A stretch of DNA of 64,000 bases from Piedraia hortae CBS 480.64 (GCA_010093745.1 MU006013.1:1-64000), one strand, 5' to 3'; positions 22,138 to 34,734 are shown, numbered from the stretch's first letter. A program made the numbers and translations. Notes: generated from the sequence alone by a model not told the origin.

Positions 22138-24084
22138 ATGCCCCCCAGAACCCTCCTACTAATCTACATCCACGGCTTCCACGGCGCACCGTCCACATTC
22201 AACACCTTCCCCCTCGACCTGCACAACTCCCTCTCTATACCAAACTACACCATCTACACAAAACTCTACCCCCGCTTCCCTTCACGACGAAGCATCCTCT
22301 TTGCGCGGGACGCATTCATGGCGTGGCTGACCCCGCATCTTACCGCCACCACAGATGTCATCCTCCTAGGCCACAGTATGGGTGGCTTACTCGCCGCTGA
22401 AGTGGCGTTGACACGGGAATGTAACGTCCTCGGAACGGTTAATCTTGATGTGCCGTTTTTGGGGATCCATCCGGGTGTTGTAAAGGCGGGGCTGGCGAGT
22501 GTGTTTGCTGGGAAGGGGGAGATGGAGGGGAATATTGTCAATGAAGCTGGGGAGCAGGAGGGGGGGGCAGCGGGGGATATAGCTCAAAGCGAAGACATGG
22601 AAAACTCTAAGCCGAACCTCAAAGACGATTCTAAAGAAGATGATGACCCCAAAGGATCCTCCAAAGCCGGCTCCAAAAAGGACGAACTTACGGTCACCAT
22701 GAAGTCTAACGAAAATGACAACACCCAAGACTCCAGCCCCAAAGACACCCACCCACAATCCCCCTCCAATGATGATAAATTCAACCCCCCCTGGCCAAAC
22801 GACCCCCTCGCCCCCTCCCGCGCGCCCTGGGAAAGCGTAATCCACTTCGTAAGCAAACACTCACGTGAACTACGCTCCGCGACGAAGAACCTAATCGCTT
22901 CGCATCTCGAGTTTGGCGGTGCAATGACGAAACATAACGAGTTGGGGGGCAGGTATATCTCTTTGAGGTTGCTTGAGGAGGGCGAGGGGAGGGTTGAGGG
23001 TAGAGATGGGAGTAGGGATGCTTCGCGCGTGAGGTTTGTGAATTATTATACTGCTTGTTGCTGCACTATTGGGGGTGGGGAAGTGGGAAGGGAGAAGAAG
23101 GGAAAGGGAAAGGAGGAGGTGGAAGTGGTGGAGGGGGAGGAGGGGAAGGAGAAGGAGAAGGAAGAGGGAAAGGAGGATGTAGATGTAGCTGAGAAAGCAG
23201 AGGCAAAGGGGTCTGACAAAAAGGTGGGGGAAAGAAGCAGGGAGCAGCCTGAAGAGATGGAGAACGAAGAGGGCACTGAGGAGAAGGACCAGACTGAGAC
23301 TCAGACTCCCAAACAAGAAGCTAAAACCCCCAAACCCAAGGACGAACAGGAGCAAGCTCTCCCTGGGACCGTAGAGGGCTCGAAAGATAAACTTAACCAA
23401 TCTGCAGAGGGAAATGAGATGCGAAAAGATCAAACCACCCCAAACGAAGAGTCCACCAGAGACGACAACCTACCCCCAACGCCGTCCGAAGAAGCTATCC
23501 TAACACCCGAAAAGCAAACAAAAGAAGCCGAAAAGGCCAGAAAGGCAGCAGAAAAACTCGAAAAGGAAAAAGCCAAACTTGAAGAGAAAAATCGCAAAGA
23601 GGCTGAGAAGCTGAAAGAGAAATCGCGCAAAGAGGCTGAAAAGGCACGTAGAGACAAGGAGAAGCAGGACGAAAAAGCTCAAAAGGAGAAACTAAGGCAG
23701 GAGAAGGAGAGGCTCAAGCAGGAGGAGAGAGCCCAAAAGGAGAGGCTGAAACAAATGGAAAAAGCAAGAAAAGACTCTGAAAAACAAGAAGAAAAATCCC
23801 GCAAAGAGTCCGAAAAAGCAGCACGCAAAGCCTCCCTTCCTGACGGCGAGCAAAGAGAAAAAACATTCTGTCTTCTCCCCCCAACCGACTCCCAGGGCAT
23901 CACAGACCCAACGTGGGTCAAAGTTCTGTTTAGGGATACAGATCAAGTGGGCGCGCACTGCGGGATGTTTCTCTTCAAAGAAGACAACGACCTCGAAAGG
24001 GATCGTTACGAGCGATTCGTGGAACGAGTCGCCGAGAGAATCACAATATGGATAGACGAGAAAGCACGGACAGACGATAAATGA
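22138..24084 (+). CDS. Alpha/beta-hydrolase (DUF676-like) with long Glu/Lys-rich inserts
   Basis: LLIYIHGFHG, GHSMGG nucleophile elbow, DVPFLG, RFVNYYT, and C-terminal TFCLLP..W..DQVGAHCGMF carrying the putative catalytic His. Confidence 0.75.
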   Translation: MPPRTLLLIYIHGFHGAPSTFNTFPLDLHNSLSIPNYTIYTKLYPRFPSRRSILFARDAFMAWLTPHLTATTDVILLGHSMGGLLAAEVALTRECNVLGTVNLDVPFLGIHPGVVKAGLASVFAGKGEMEGNIVNEAGEQEGGAAGDIAQSEDMENSKPNLKDDSKEDDDPKGSSKAGSKKDELTVTMKSNENDNTQDSSPKDTHPQSPSNDDKFNPPWPNDPLAPSRAPWESVIHFVSKHSRELRSATKNLIASHLEFGGAMTKHNELGGRYISLRLLEEGEGRVEGRDGSRDASRVRFVNYYTACCCTIGGGEVGREKKGKGKEEVEVVEGEEGKEKEKEEGKEDVDVAEKAEAKGSDKKVGERSREQPEEMENEEGTEEKDQTETQTPKQEAKTPKPKDEQEQALPGTVEGSKDKLNQSAEGNEMRKDQTTPNEESTRDDNLPPTPSEEAILTPEKQTKEAEKARKAAEKLEKEKAKLEEKNRKEAEKLKEKSRKEAEKARRDKEKQDEKAQKEKLRQEKERLKQEERAQKERLKQMEKARKDSEKQEEKSRKESEKAARKASLPDGEQREKTFCLLPPTDSQGITDPTWVKVLFRDTDQVGAHCGMFLFKEDNDLERDRYERFVERVAERITIWIDEKARTDDK

Positions 24085-24162
24085 TGAATGGTTTAAATCG
24101 TTAGAGGCTCTGCTGCTAATGCTTCAGGTGGACATATTACCCACTTGGTCTACTCGCAACTT

Positions 24163-26228
24163 CTAAACACCCATGTCCATGGGACCGCCGTTGCTGACTT
24201 CGGTCCAATTTTTAATCGCGGTTGTGGCGAAATAACGCACGTCCACGTCGTCGTCTTCCATCAGTTTCTTCAAGGGGGGTACAATGTCGTTTTGGATGCA
24301 CTGTTGTCCTTGTGGTGTGCCGTTTGATGCGCGGCCTTCCTTTTCCAGTTGAATCATCGTCATGGTCTCGTTGGGTAGTCGCTTGAAGATGTTGATGAGC
24401 ACTCCATACGATTTGGCTGCGTTGAAACGAATGTTGGGGATGGGATCTTCGACCAGTTGGTGAAGAATAGGCAGGACCGAGCGGTGGAGCACTGGCAAAG
24501 ACAAAGCCGGTGCGAGGGTCTAAAAGTCAGTTGAAAAATTAGCACACGGCAGATGTACTCTTACCGACACGGCAAAACACGTAGTCATGCGGTACAGATA
24601 GTTTTGGTGTTCGGCCATGGCGGCCACTTTGGGCACGATATGCTCGCCGGCCCATTCTACGCCGAACACCTCGGTCAGCTTGCGCAGGTTCTGGGTGCTC
24701 GCCTCGCGGATAGAGAAGACGGTATCGCCCAGCCAAGACATGCACAGTCCACTAAGCTGTTCGTTGAAGAACTTAACTCCGAGTTGACTGGCCAGAAGCG
24801 GTAGGTACTGGATTATAGCCAGCCTCACACGCCACTGTTTGTCTTCTGCCAGCTGCACAATCGCCGGCAGAAGGCTCTGACTGAGCAGCTCGATGCCAAT
24901 AACGTGATTGACCTGTTCCAGCTTGCTGATAATATTCAGCCGCACATCAGGGAAATCATCGCGGAGCATAGACAGGAACATGGGCAGGAGGTGCTCAGTC
25001 GTCTCTTGCCGGCCAAGAATAGGCGCGAGACCCGAGATTTGGTTGCCAAACGCCGCACGAACATGCTGCGAAGAGTCTGACACGAGTTCTTCTACCGCCG
25101 GCAAGATGTCCCGCAGCAAAGCCTGGCGGTCGACGAGTTGGCAGAACCCGGGGATCTGACCTGCTATGGCTGTGCGGACCTCTGCCTCGTTGTCTTTGAG
25201 CAACTTTACAAACGCCGGCACGAGATCCCTCTGCACCACTTCCTCTTCTACCGCCCGCGCGATCCTCTCGAACCGATCAGCCACCATGTACCGAACCCTC
25301 CAGCTTTTGTCCTCAAACAGGCTTCGCAGCGCTGTAACGAGAACGCCGTGGCCGTGTTGCTGCTCCTTGGGCACGGTCTCTGCGATTGCGATAAGGACGT
25401 CGACAGTCAGCAGACGAACACTATCCTGATCGTCAGCCGCAAGGTGTTGAAACAGCGGAATCATCTCCTCGATGACAACGTTGGGCGGCATGTTCTTCAA
25501 GAATTTGGCCAAGTTTGTGGCCGACTGGCGGCGGACCATTGGCGTCTCGTCGCGCACAAGCTGGGCAAACTGCTGGCGGAGCGCCACCTGGCTCGACGGC
25601 GTCGCATATTGATAGGGCACCGTATAGAGACCACAGGCCGATATCTTGGACGTGAACCAGTCGGCCTTGCTCAGGCGGATGGTGAGTGGAATGAAGCTGT
25701 GCTCTACCTGTTGCTGCGGCAGCTGGGTGCAGATTTTGTTGAGCGATTCTACGGCCTGGAGAGTCAGTATATGGAGGAGAGTAGATGGATTTGAGCCGAT
25801 TAGAGTAGAACATATTTTAAAAAACCACAAAAAAAAAAAAAAAGAGAGAGAGAACACACACACACCTTGTCTCTCACCAGCGGCTCCTCGATTTTAGCGA
25901 GATTCTCCAGAGAAGGGAGCAGCACATGGCCGTACTCTGGGCCGCCGACATAGTCCACGAACCGGCCGAGCTCCTCGCCCAGCGCCGTTAATACCTCGTC
26001 CTCGTCCTCTACGGAATCGTCTAGAAAGGGTATAAGCTCTTTCCGCGTCCGCTCTGCACCCAGGGCCAGTGCTATGGTGGGCAGGCGGCGGATGGCGTTG
26101 AGCCGGAGCAAGACGTCGTCGTGCTTCTGCGTGTCAGCCTGGGCCCGACCGTTGGCCACCAGTCCCACCTTGAGCTCATCGATGAGGATGGCGATGGGGT
26201 ACAGTTCGTCGTTTTGAGGATCGTCCAT
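24163..26228 (-). CDS. TPD3: PP2A scaffold subunit A (HEAT repeats); exons 26228-26169, 26123-25866, 25755-24565, 24519-24163
   Basis: [43 protein letters not shown]-like [41 protein letters not shown] introns with branch sites. Confidence 0.95.
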
Positions 26229-26325
26229 TGGGCCACGGCGGTGTTGTGTTGACGGCGGTGTATGGCGGGGGCGCGGTGAAGCAGCGGGAGCAGCCGGCGT
26301 GAGGGAGGGCGTCACATTTGTCACA

Positions 26326-26355
26326 ACACACACACGCACACACACACACACACAC
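26326..26355. repeat. (CA)n microsatellite in the 147-bp divergent TPD3/FRS1 intergenic region
   Basis: acacacacacgcacacacacacacacacac. Confidence 0.85.
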
Positions 26356-26375
26356 AAAACGCCCAGTACATAGAA

Positions 26376-28148
26376 ATGCCCACAATCGCCGTAGACAAAG
26401 ACAGCCTCTACAATGTCCTCGGTCGCGAGTATTCCACTGCCGAGTTCGACGAGCTCTGCTTCGACTTTGGTCTGGAGCTCGATGAGGACACCGGTGAGGC
26501 CGGAGAGGAGCCCGCACAGCTAAAAATTGAGATTCCTGCGAACCGGTATGATATGCTCTGTTTCGAAGGCATCGCCATGAATCTCAATATTTTCCTGGGC
26601 CGCCAGTCTATGCCTAAATTCAGCCTCACTGATCCCAAAGAGACGGTTACGGTCAGTCCAGATACTGCCCGCATACGTCCCTACTTTTCCTGTGCTATTC
26701 TGCGGAACATCCGCTTCACTCAAGCCAGATATGACTCCTTCATCGCTCTACAAGACAAATTACATCAAAATCTGGCCAGACAACGCTCGCTGGTGGCCAT
26801 TGGAACCCATGACCTGGACACTATCGAGGGCCCTTTTACCTACGAGGCTCTGCCTCCAGACGAAATTTCCTTTGCACCGTTGAACCAGACAAAGGTGATG
26901 ACGGCAACACAGATGATGGACTTTTATGCCAAGGACAAGCACCTCTCCAAGTACCTTCCCATCATTCGTGACTCTTCAGTGTATCCAATCATCTACGATA
27001 AGAACCGAACTGTTCTGTCTATGCCTCCCATCATCAACAGCAACCACTCCAAAATCACCCTCAACACCAGAAACGTCTTTATAGACATCACAGCCACAGA
27101 CAAGACGAAGCTGGAGATTGTAAACCACATCCTCGTGTCCATGTTCAGTCAGTATTGTGCAGAGCCTTTTGTGATTGAACCCGTCAAGGTCGTTTCAGAC
27201 CACAACAACGAGACTCGCATCACTCCAGACGTAAGCAGTCGGCAAATGGAGGCCTCTACACAATACCTGAACGCCATCAGCGGCCTGAAGCAGTCGCGAG
27301 AGGAAATCTGCCAACAGCTCGGCCGAATGGCCTATACCGCCGAGCCGAGCAAAATAGATGAGGACAGGCTCGTGATTTCCGTGCCCATTACCCGTGCAGA
27401 TGTGTTGCACGAGGCAGATGTCATCGAAGACTCTGTTGTAGCTTACGGCTTCAACAAGCTGAAGCGGGAGTTTCCCAAAAACTCGTCGTGCGTCGCTGCC
27501 GATTTGCCTCTGACCAGACTAAGCGATATCATCCGCGAGTCGTCTGCCATGTCGGGGTGGGTTGAGGTGATGCCTCTGACTCTGTGCAGCCATGACGAGA
27601 ACTACAAATACCTGAACCGAAAGTCGTCCGGGGAGCAGATTACCCTGCAGAACCCCAAGAGCGCAGAGTATCAAATTGTCCGCACATCACTGCTACCCGG
27701 TCTTCTTAAGACAATTCGTGAGAACCGCAAGCACGGTGTTCCGATGAAGATCTTCGAAGTCGCCGACGTGGTCTTCAAAGACGTAAAGGCCGAACGAAGA
27801 AGTCGCAATGAGCGACACTTTGCGGCGTGTTGGTATGGCAAGACCAGCGGATTCGAGCAGGTACATGGGCTCCTTGACCGGATTATGCGCATGCTGAATG
27901 TACCCTGTGGTAAGGAAGGGTACTGGATCGAGGAGGTTGAGGGTAAGTATAGCCTTGCTCTTGGGAACGAGACTGACAGAGCAGATGCAACGTTTCTTCC
28001 CGGACACTCAGCCAGCATTCACATTTCCATTCAGGGCAAATCCCAGCGGATCGGAGAGCTGGGCATCCTGCATCCGACGGTGCTCAAGAACTATGAGCTG
28101 CCCTTCCCCACCAGCACCGTGGAAATCAACATTGAACCGTTGTTGTAG
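26376..28148 (+). CDS. FRS1: Cytosolic phenylalanyl-tRNA synthetase beta subunit; in-frame 42-nt intron at 27943-27984
   Basis: [77 protein letters not shown]; intron gtaagt..ctgac..cag. Confidence 0.96.
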   Translation: MPTIAVDKDSLYNVLGREYSTAEFDELCFDFGLELDEDTGEAGEEPAQLKIEIPANRYDMLCFEGIAMNLNIFLGRQSMPKFSLTDPKETVTVSPDTARIRPYFSCAILRNIRFTQARYDSFIALQDKLHQNLARQRSLVAIGTHDLDTIEGPFTYEALPPDEISFAPLNQTKVMTATQMMDFYAKDKHLSKYLPIIRDSSVYPIIYDKNRTVLSMPPIINSNHSKITLNTRNVFIDITATDKTKLEIVNHILVSMFSQYCAEPFVIEPVKVVSDHNNETRITPDVSSRQMEASTQYLNAISGLKQSREEICQQLGRMAYTAEPSKIDEDRLVISVPITRADVLHEADVIEDSVVAYGFNKLKREFPKNSSCVAADLPLTRLSDIIRESSAMSGWVEVMPLTLCSHDENYKYLNRKSSGEQITLQNPKSAEYQIVRTSLLPGLLKTIRENRKHGVPMKIFEVADVVFKDVKAERRSRNERHFAACWYGKTSGFEQVHGLLDRIMRMLNVPCGKEGYWIEEVEGKYSLALGNETDRADATFLPGHSASIHISIQGKSQRIGELGILHPTVLKNYELPFPTSTVEINIEPLL

Positions 28149-28155
28149 TCGTAAT

Positions 28156-29637
28156 CTACCTACCGCGGAGGGTCGCCTCCCTTTCCTGTTTTTCCAGCGC
28201 GCGCATCTGGTCGCCGTTGAGCGTCATTTCATACCTGAACTGATCCGTGAACAGCTTCGGCCAATCGTTGTGTCTGCCGCATTTCTTCTTGTCGCACACA
28301 GTGTCTTCGTCGCGATCAGCATGCAGATCCATCTTCTTCCCAGCCTCTCCCTCCCTCCACTTCGCAAACTGGTCGTCTCCCCACTGAAGGCGTGAGTCGT
28401 AGCCGCAATAATCCTTGGCTCTCAGTCCTTTCTCCTCGGCCTGCTTCTGTGCATCCTCCCTCGCGAGATTCAAGAACACAAGACGATCCTTAAGCAAAGC
28501 GTGCTTGGCGCGCGCTGCGTCCTTCTTCTTCTTGATCTCCGGATCTTCGTGGATCGGCTGGGTGTTCTCGTTCGTCTTCTTCAAACGCTTGCCGAGAGCG
28601 CGCCAATCATCAACGTTGTCAACGCTGTCAACAAGAGCCTTCAACTCCTGGGGCGTCAGACGCCCGCCGGGGATGGGAGTCGGATTGGTGCCATGCTTAA
28701 ATATCATCTCCTGCATAAACGTATAGCCGCACTTATCGGAGCAATATTTGCTGCCCTCGCGAGTAGCCTGGCGACACGACTGCAGACGACACATGCGCTT
28801 CCACGTCGTCTGGCCCTCGCAGTTGGGACAGATAAACCTGTCAATCAGATGACGGTCTCTTTCAGCAATACCCACACAGGATCCATGGAACCAATCGTCA
28901 CAGCTGCCGTCGCAGCCGATCATAAAGGAACCAGTGTCCGGACGGTGGCAGATGCAATACTTCTCTTGCTTGCCCGACGGGGTAGCCGCGGTGCTATCCG
29001 CAGAAGGGGCCGGGGAAGAGGCACCGGAGCGCGTAGAAGCAGCAGCAGACGCTGGAACCGACGGTCCGGCAGACGGAGCCGCCGAAGTCGCAGCAGCCTC
29101 AGCAGCAGCATTCTTCGCCTTCTTACGCGCCGCTCCCGATTGCTTGCGCTTCGCTTTGGCAAGCATGGTTGATGTTGGACTGGGAACCGATTGTTGTGCT
29201 GCAGGCTCAGAGGTCGGAACAGTCACAATCATTGGACGGTAAATCGGTGGGTCCGCGGGAGCTCGCACTGCGGCTTTTGCCGTGATCTTCTCAGGCTTGT
29301 TGACCGTGGCCTTCTGTTGTGATTCCGCCGACTGTGACGCGCTGGGAATTCCCGAATTGGGCTGCGCATTCGCTTCCATAATCGGTGGCGGTATATTCGT
29401 AGTCGTCTGCGGGAACGTCGCCTCCGCTCCTCCATGTATCTCTTCTGTCTCCGTCCCTGTCATTACAACATCTGGTGTTTGCGCCGGCGCATGCTGATTG
29501 CTTCCCCATGCGAAACTGGGCAAACTTGTCTCTGCGCCGCCTCGCTGCTGCACCGGAGTAGCAACATAACCCATCAACCCCGGCTCCGGCTCCGGCTCCG
29601 GCTCCGGGTTCAGGAGTGCGGATAAAGGAAACGCCAT
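28156..29637 (-). CDS. SPP1: Spp1/Cps40 COMPASS subunit with PHD finger
   Basis: [68 protein letters not shown]. Confidence 0.9.
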   Translation of the reverse strand: MAFPLSALLNPEPEPEPEPGLMGYVATPVQQRGGAETSLPSFAWGSNQHAPAQTPDVVMTGTETEEIHGGAEATFPQTTTNIPPPIMEANAQPNSGIPSASQSAESQQKATVNKPEKITAKAAVRAPADPPIYRPMIVTVPTSEPAAQQSVPSPTSTMLAKAKRKQSGAARKKAKNAAAEAAATSAAPSAGPSVPASAAASTRSGASSPAPSADSTAATPSGKQEKYCICHRPDTGSFMIGCDGSCDDWFHGSCVGIAERDRHLIDRFICPNCEGQTTWKRMCRLQSCRQATREGSKYCSDKCGYTFMQEMIFKHGTNPTPIPGGRLTPQELKALVDSVDNVDDWRALGKRLKKTNENTQPIHEDPEIKKKKDAARAKHALLKDRLVFLNLAREDAQKQAEEKGLRAKDYCGYDSRLQWGDDQFAKWREGEAGKKMDLHADRDEDTVCDKKKCGRHNDWPKLFTDQFRYEMTLNGDQMRALEKQEREATLRGR

Positions 29638-29809
29638 GATGGATCCGGTTTCGCAAAGGTGCAGTTGGAAGTGTCAACGACTAGCGCAATGCGGGGAATT
29701 CGAAAATCTGGGGATCGGCAGGGGTATTCCCCACACGCTACAACGTCATTGACAGATGGGAGGGACGGGCCGTCCTCCCACGTGGAATTTTCAACGTCCA
29801 GTTACCAGG

Positions 29810-30667
29810 ATGGACGCAATAATTCTCCTCCGAGCAGGATATCTATTCTCTGCGCTCGCCATCCTCGTTATATTTCTCATCCCAGCCCTCAACGCGCGCT
29901 TCCTAGCCTATGGTCTGCGCAACAGCCCAATCATCGGTACCAGCATCCTAGATCAACTCGCCTCACTCCGAGTCCCGCATGGCTGGTTCACGAGCTTCTA
30001 TGTCGTCTCAACCGCTAGCTCTGTCTTCTGGCTCGCTAAATATCTCACCCTTCCCCCTTCAACCTGGTCTATTGAACGTGAACCAATCCCTTTGTCCAGA
30101 CTTACCCTAGCGTGGACATGTCTCCTCATCCAAGGCTTCAGACGTCTCTACGAATCCCTCAACCTCCCACCCAGCAAGTCAACCATGTGGATCGGTCACT
30201 GGGTCCTCGGCATCCTCTTCTACCTCACCATCAACATCAGTATCTGGATCGAGGGGATCGATACCCTTAAGTCGCATAAAGTCGAAGTCGAAGACTTCAG
30301 GATCGGTGTCCCGAGCGTCAAAACTTTTGTTGCCCTTGTGCTTTTTACTCTCGCGAGTGGTGTGCAGAACGATTGTCACAGTTATTTGGCTTCGTTGAAG
30401 ATCAAGGGGGCCTATCAGTTACCCTTGCATCCGGCGTTTAGGAGGATGATTGCTCCGCATTTTACGGCCGAGTGTGTGATCTATTTTGCGCTTTCAATGC
30501 TTGCTGCGCCGAGAGGGAGGCTGTTTAATGGGACACTTGCGTGTGCGTGCGTTTTTGTGGGCGTTAATTTGGGAGTTACGGCGCATGGGACGAGGGAGTG
30601 GTATGTGAAGACGTTTGGGAAGGAGAGTGTGAGAGGAAGGTGGAGGCTGGTGCCGGGGATGTTTTGA
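29810..30667 (+). CDS. DFG10: Polyprenal/polyprenol reductase (steroid 5-alpha-reductase family)
   Basis: Multi-TM; RFLAYG, VPHGWFTSFY, QGFRRLYES, MWIGHW, QNDCHSYLA, APHFTAEC, NLGVTA, RWRLVPG. ATG at 29810 preferred over 29756. Confidence 0.88.
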   Translation: MDAIILLRAGYLFSALAILVIFLIPALNARFLAYGLRNSPIIGTSILDQLASLRVPHGWFTSFYVVSTASSVFWLAKYLTLPPSTWSIEREPIPLSRLTLAWTCLLIQGFRRLYESLNLPPSKSTMWIGHWVLGILFYLTINISIWIEGIDTLKSHKVEVEDFRIGVPSVKTFVALVLFTLASGVQNDCHSYLASLKIKGAYQLPLHPAFRRMIAPHFTAECVIYFALSMLAAPRGRLFNGTLACACVFVGVNLGVTAHGTREWYVKTFGKESVRGRWRLVPGMF

Positions 30668-30799
30668 TGATTTAATGCTCTTAAGGTATCCGACTCGCTC
30701 ATCTGTGATGGTAAGGCATTGCTTGGGAAGCAGAATCCATGCATGGGCCTTTGAATTCCCAATGATTTTCGGAGAAAATTTTAAGTTTAATGTGCAAAA

Positions 30800-33300
30800 G
30801 TCTAAATGCCGCAGCTTCGTGATATTCTGCCAGCTTTTCTTGCCTGGTCGATGAGCAGGTACTTAGTCATTACCGTTTTGCCCCATCTTTGGGGTGAATT
30901 GTTGGTAGAGCTGATTCGCATACCATGGCTGGTTGCTACCGACCGTTGTATGCACCCACTCAGTCGTATTCCCACATCGCCATCGCTTTCCAGTACTGAA
31001 GGATAGCGAGTGCCCTCACACGGTCGTGTCCCATGACTGAGATCTGTGTCTGTAAATCTTCTTCCACAATGCACAGAGTTCTCACATCCTTTCGTAAGGT
31101 ATTCTATACTATGACGCCCTTTCTTTCAACTGAATACCAACGTGTGGGAGATCTCAATTTATCTGGATACATAAAACTGTGAAATACTCTCTGTGCTTGT
31201 CCCAACAATGATCGTTCCGCTCCCTGCTACCCAACCTCTATACCACACAGTCATCCGTCAAGCTCACCATGGCCAAGCCCTAGAACACGGACCCTCGAAT
31301 GGGTGCTACGAGTGTGCATAGCCCAACCAAGAGACCCCGAGCGTAAAATCTTAATGTTTACCTGGCACACCGCCCCGAGCCCCTCACTGGCGAACGCAAC
31401 AGTCCAGCAACTAGACATGTGGTTGTCTGCAGCTTCGCTCCATAAAGCGAACCCAGGATATGGGTGTTGGCCTCCCACACCGCCGCCAAGCCCCCCACTG
31501 GAAAACGCAACGGCCCAGCAAGTGATGAGGCAGCAGCCCCAACCTGAAGCATCACGCAGTGATTTACTATTTGGGGTATCTCAACGCTCTGGCACATCTC
31601 GTGATTGTCCAGGCTGCACCATGTTTGCATCTCCCAACCTGCACCGGCCCAGTCCACTTGGATGTGCTCCTCCCACAAACCATCGAATCAACCAGGCAAG
31701 TTACCCTTCCCAAGCGTCGATTGGATGCAGCTTGTTTCTGGCCCCGGAAAAGTTGTGCGCCTAGCGGTGTCCTTCGATCAGCGGGATGGGATCTGGCAGT
31801 GGCTCAAGACAGCTAACGACATGGCTGCAGCCTCGCTTCGTTCAACGACCTCAAAATTTCCCACTAGGACCATCAACTCATCTATACCCTCCCCGCTGTG
31901 TGCTTCTTTGACCGGTTCCGTGCCGAGGGGAAGGAGGTTTGGCGACTGGCGTTGGCTTCATCCTCAGAGAAATTAGGCTCTGCCTGTGCTCACCGGGAAC
32001 CATTCCCTCAAAGTTGTCCTTATATAGTGGTCTCTGTGGACGCAATGACTCGTTTAATGGTGGAGTCGCAGAGCTTCGGCGCGTTTGGACCTCGGGGCCT
32101 GGGTGCCAAAGCCACTAGACGTTTCTCTTTAATGATTTTCTTGAAGCCATTCTACTTGTCTCGCCCACCCTGCGGTCGTTTGAAGATCGTGCATCCCAAA
32201 ATTATGACTTGAGTCGTGCCGAGGCCGCAAGGTGAACCTTCCTTCTTGAAAATCCCAAGGCCTTGGATGCTCCAGCAATTATGCTCGTTTGACCAGCGCT
32301 CCGGGACCGTAGCCTTGAATGACTGGCTGTTGGGAAGACCACAAGGAGGCCCTGGCCTTTTCCAAAGCCTTGTGTAAGCCCTCTTGCTTTTGATTCTCGT
32401 TGGAGGGCCAGCGCTGCTGCTTGACCACTGAACCTTCCCAGATGTCAAGGAGACTGACATCTTTACCGAAGATCATAGCGACAACTATCTCGCTTGGAAA
32501 GCTCTTGCGAGATATCTTGCCGTTCCTTTTGCGAGTCATTCCTTCGAATAGCCAAAAAAAGACTTAGGAGGGATTGCTTGGCGCGTTCTTTATCCACAAT
32601 ACACGTAGGTTTTGAAACAAGCGCCCGACGGGGGTTCGGGGCAACTGAGACCTTCATGGTGGTGATCCTGATTCCGCCCACATGTCTTGGACAGGCGGCT
32701 CCAGGCTGGTTGTCCAGCAACTGAATCTGTTCCCTGGAGGGAGAGGAGCACGCGACAGGCCACCAATCAATAGTGACACCCGCCCGCACAGGGCGACCGC
32801 GTCAACAACAAACTCTAGTCGTTTTGTTGCATTGCCAGAGTCCAAGTTGCGGTCCCGGACATCCATGGTGATGCCTAGGCTCATTTCCTTCCGGATTGGA
32901 GAAGAGGCTTTCCGCACGGAAAAGACAGATCAGCGATAACCACCACGAAGCCAGAGAATTTTTCGCAGATTAGTTGCCTTCGCTTTGCTGATGCCAGCGA
33001 TCAGCGCAACACAGCCAGCGAATTCTTTGCCGGCTGGCCGCACTCATTTCGCCAACTCCATGAGCATTCTCTTCTGCGCTTAACGTACGCAAAAGATATT
33101 ATCCTGTTGGCTCCGCCGAGAAGAGCAATCGGCGGACTCGTTGGAAGAAGAGGTGGCTGCCAGCAATCGATTGGCCGGCCTTTTCGTCTTCGTTCAGGTG
33201 ATTGGTTCATGCTTTCTGACTGGATTCCTGCGAACAGTGTAGCTGTTGGCTGTCCAAATGTCGAGGGGATCAGCTAGGCATGGGGCCAGAACGCGCGAGA
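30800..33300 (-). mobile_element. Highly decayed Ty3/Gypsy-like pol remnant
   Basis: Minus-strand fragments in Gypsy order: FKKIIKEKRLVALAP and KLCDST (~32150-32050), NFEVVERSEAAAMSLAVL (~31860-31800, RNase H-like), then YPSVLESDGD..RISSTNNSPQRWGKT (~31010-30870, integrase-like). Many stops; boundaries approximate. Confidence 0.4.
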
Positions 33301-33954
33301 TCACGGTTGCGGTCAGGATTCAGATCCCCTCCTGACATGGATGCTTCGCAGGCGGGTTGTCATCATGGGCAGCAGTCAAGTTTCGGGGCCGCGATGTTGT
33401 GCCCCGTGCGTCGTTGGGACCTTTCCACTAAGGTTGTAGAGGTACATTTTCCAGTACTTGTTCTTCCCAAATTCCTCGTCGCGTTTTGTTTTCGGGGAAC
33501 ATCAGTACGAGTAAGGGACAACTTCGTTGAATCACCTCGAGCGTCAACACTTTGGGAGATGATTCAATTAATCTGTCCCATACTCTTCATGTGATCTGCG
33601 GTTGTCTTTTTGTATCATTCTTGGAAGAAGAGCTCCGAAGCGCTTGTCCCTAACATGAGCACTTGTCCGAGGTCACTACCAGTATTCATCGTTTCAGTGA
33701 CGTAATGTGAGATCCCAACACAAGCTGGAAGAGGCTGCGTCCATGTGCTGATCCGATGTCATTCGGAAGGATCCGGTGTTAAGGTTGACAAAGGCTGGAG
33801 TCCATGCGATGACATAGGCATTGGATGAAACGTCGGTGGTAGGCTGCAAAATCTCCATGCTCAGAGCTGCGACCCGCGCATAAGGACGGCGCTAAGGTCG
33901 TGGAGGGATCGTCAATAATGCCTTTTGCGTAGCACACGAGGCGGCGGCTAACGT

Positions 33955-34100
33955 CGATCCTTGCCTGTGCCTCGGCATGTCGATCGTATGATCGACACTG
34001 TAGTCGCTGATAGATTAATTGTTTTTGTACATAGTTCCGCCCGCCGGCTCGGGCGGGCAGTCCTGTCTTTCTTTCATCGCTGTTTTCTGTCCACACCAGT
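33955..34100 (-). repeat. Repeat family A, copy 2
   Basis: The reverse complement matches 4864-5012. Confidence 0.85.
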
Positions 34101-34734
34101 TATATAGCATCATCGCGATTAACGAAGGCCAGGGATGTGAGCAATGATAGTCCGCTAGCGGGCAAACGGCGCACGCCGCTAAGCTTGATAGCAGGAAGCG
34201 GTGTCCATGCGTCGAGAGCCTGGCCCTTGTGCCGCGCGAGGAAAAACCTTACATAGTGCGCTGCAAGTCTTGGCGCGGTCGACGACGCATCGCAACAATT
34301 TGTATCGTCGAATGCGTTTGTGTGCGGGTGCAGAAGAAAAAGAGGTACCATGGAAAATAGAGGGGAAGAAGCGTGGGTCCACACCTAAAGGGATATCTTC
34401 GGCTGTGCGATGACGAGTCATGCTCAGCGTTACGACCAGGCTGTGAGTGCGCGCGGGAAGACCCGCGCAGTTTAAACGCACAGTGAATTTGACACCAACG
34501 CGCTCTACTGGTTATTCATAGCTACGCTCGCTACCGCACGCGTATGTATGGCGCTTCTGGATCAGTTGATAGCATCCTAGCTTCCCAGTAGATAGCAGTT
34601 CGGATTGACCTTGTAATTGGATCCTTTTTGAACCTTTTCCTCTGAGCATCGTGACACTCAGTGGTTCGTGCGCTTACCCCCAGATTTCGTTGTCAACCAG
34701 TATGTTAGAAGTATACTGCACCATATCATCTCGA

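Noticed and set aside
16954..24084. GH3, hydrolase and neighbours as a metabolic gene cluster
   Set aside because: No backbone enzyme, transporter or regulator; the neighbours are unrelated housekeeping genes.
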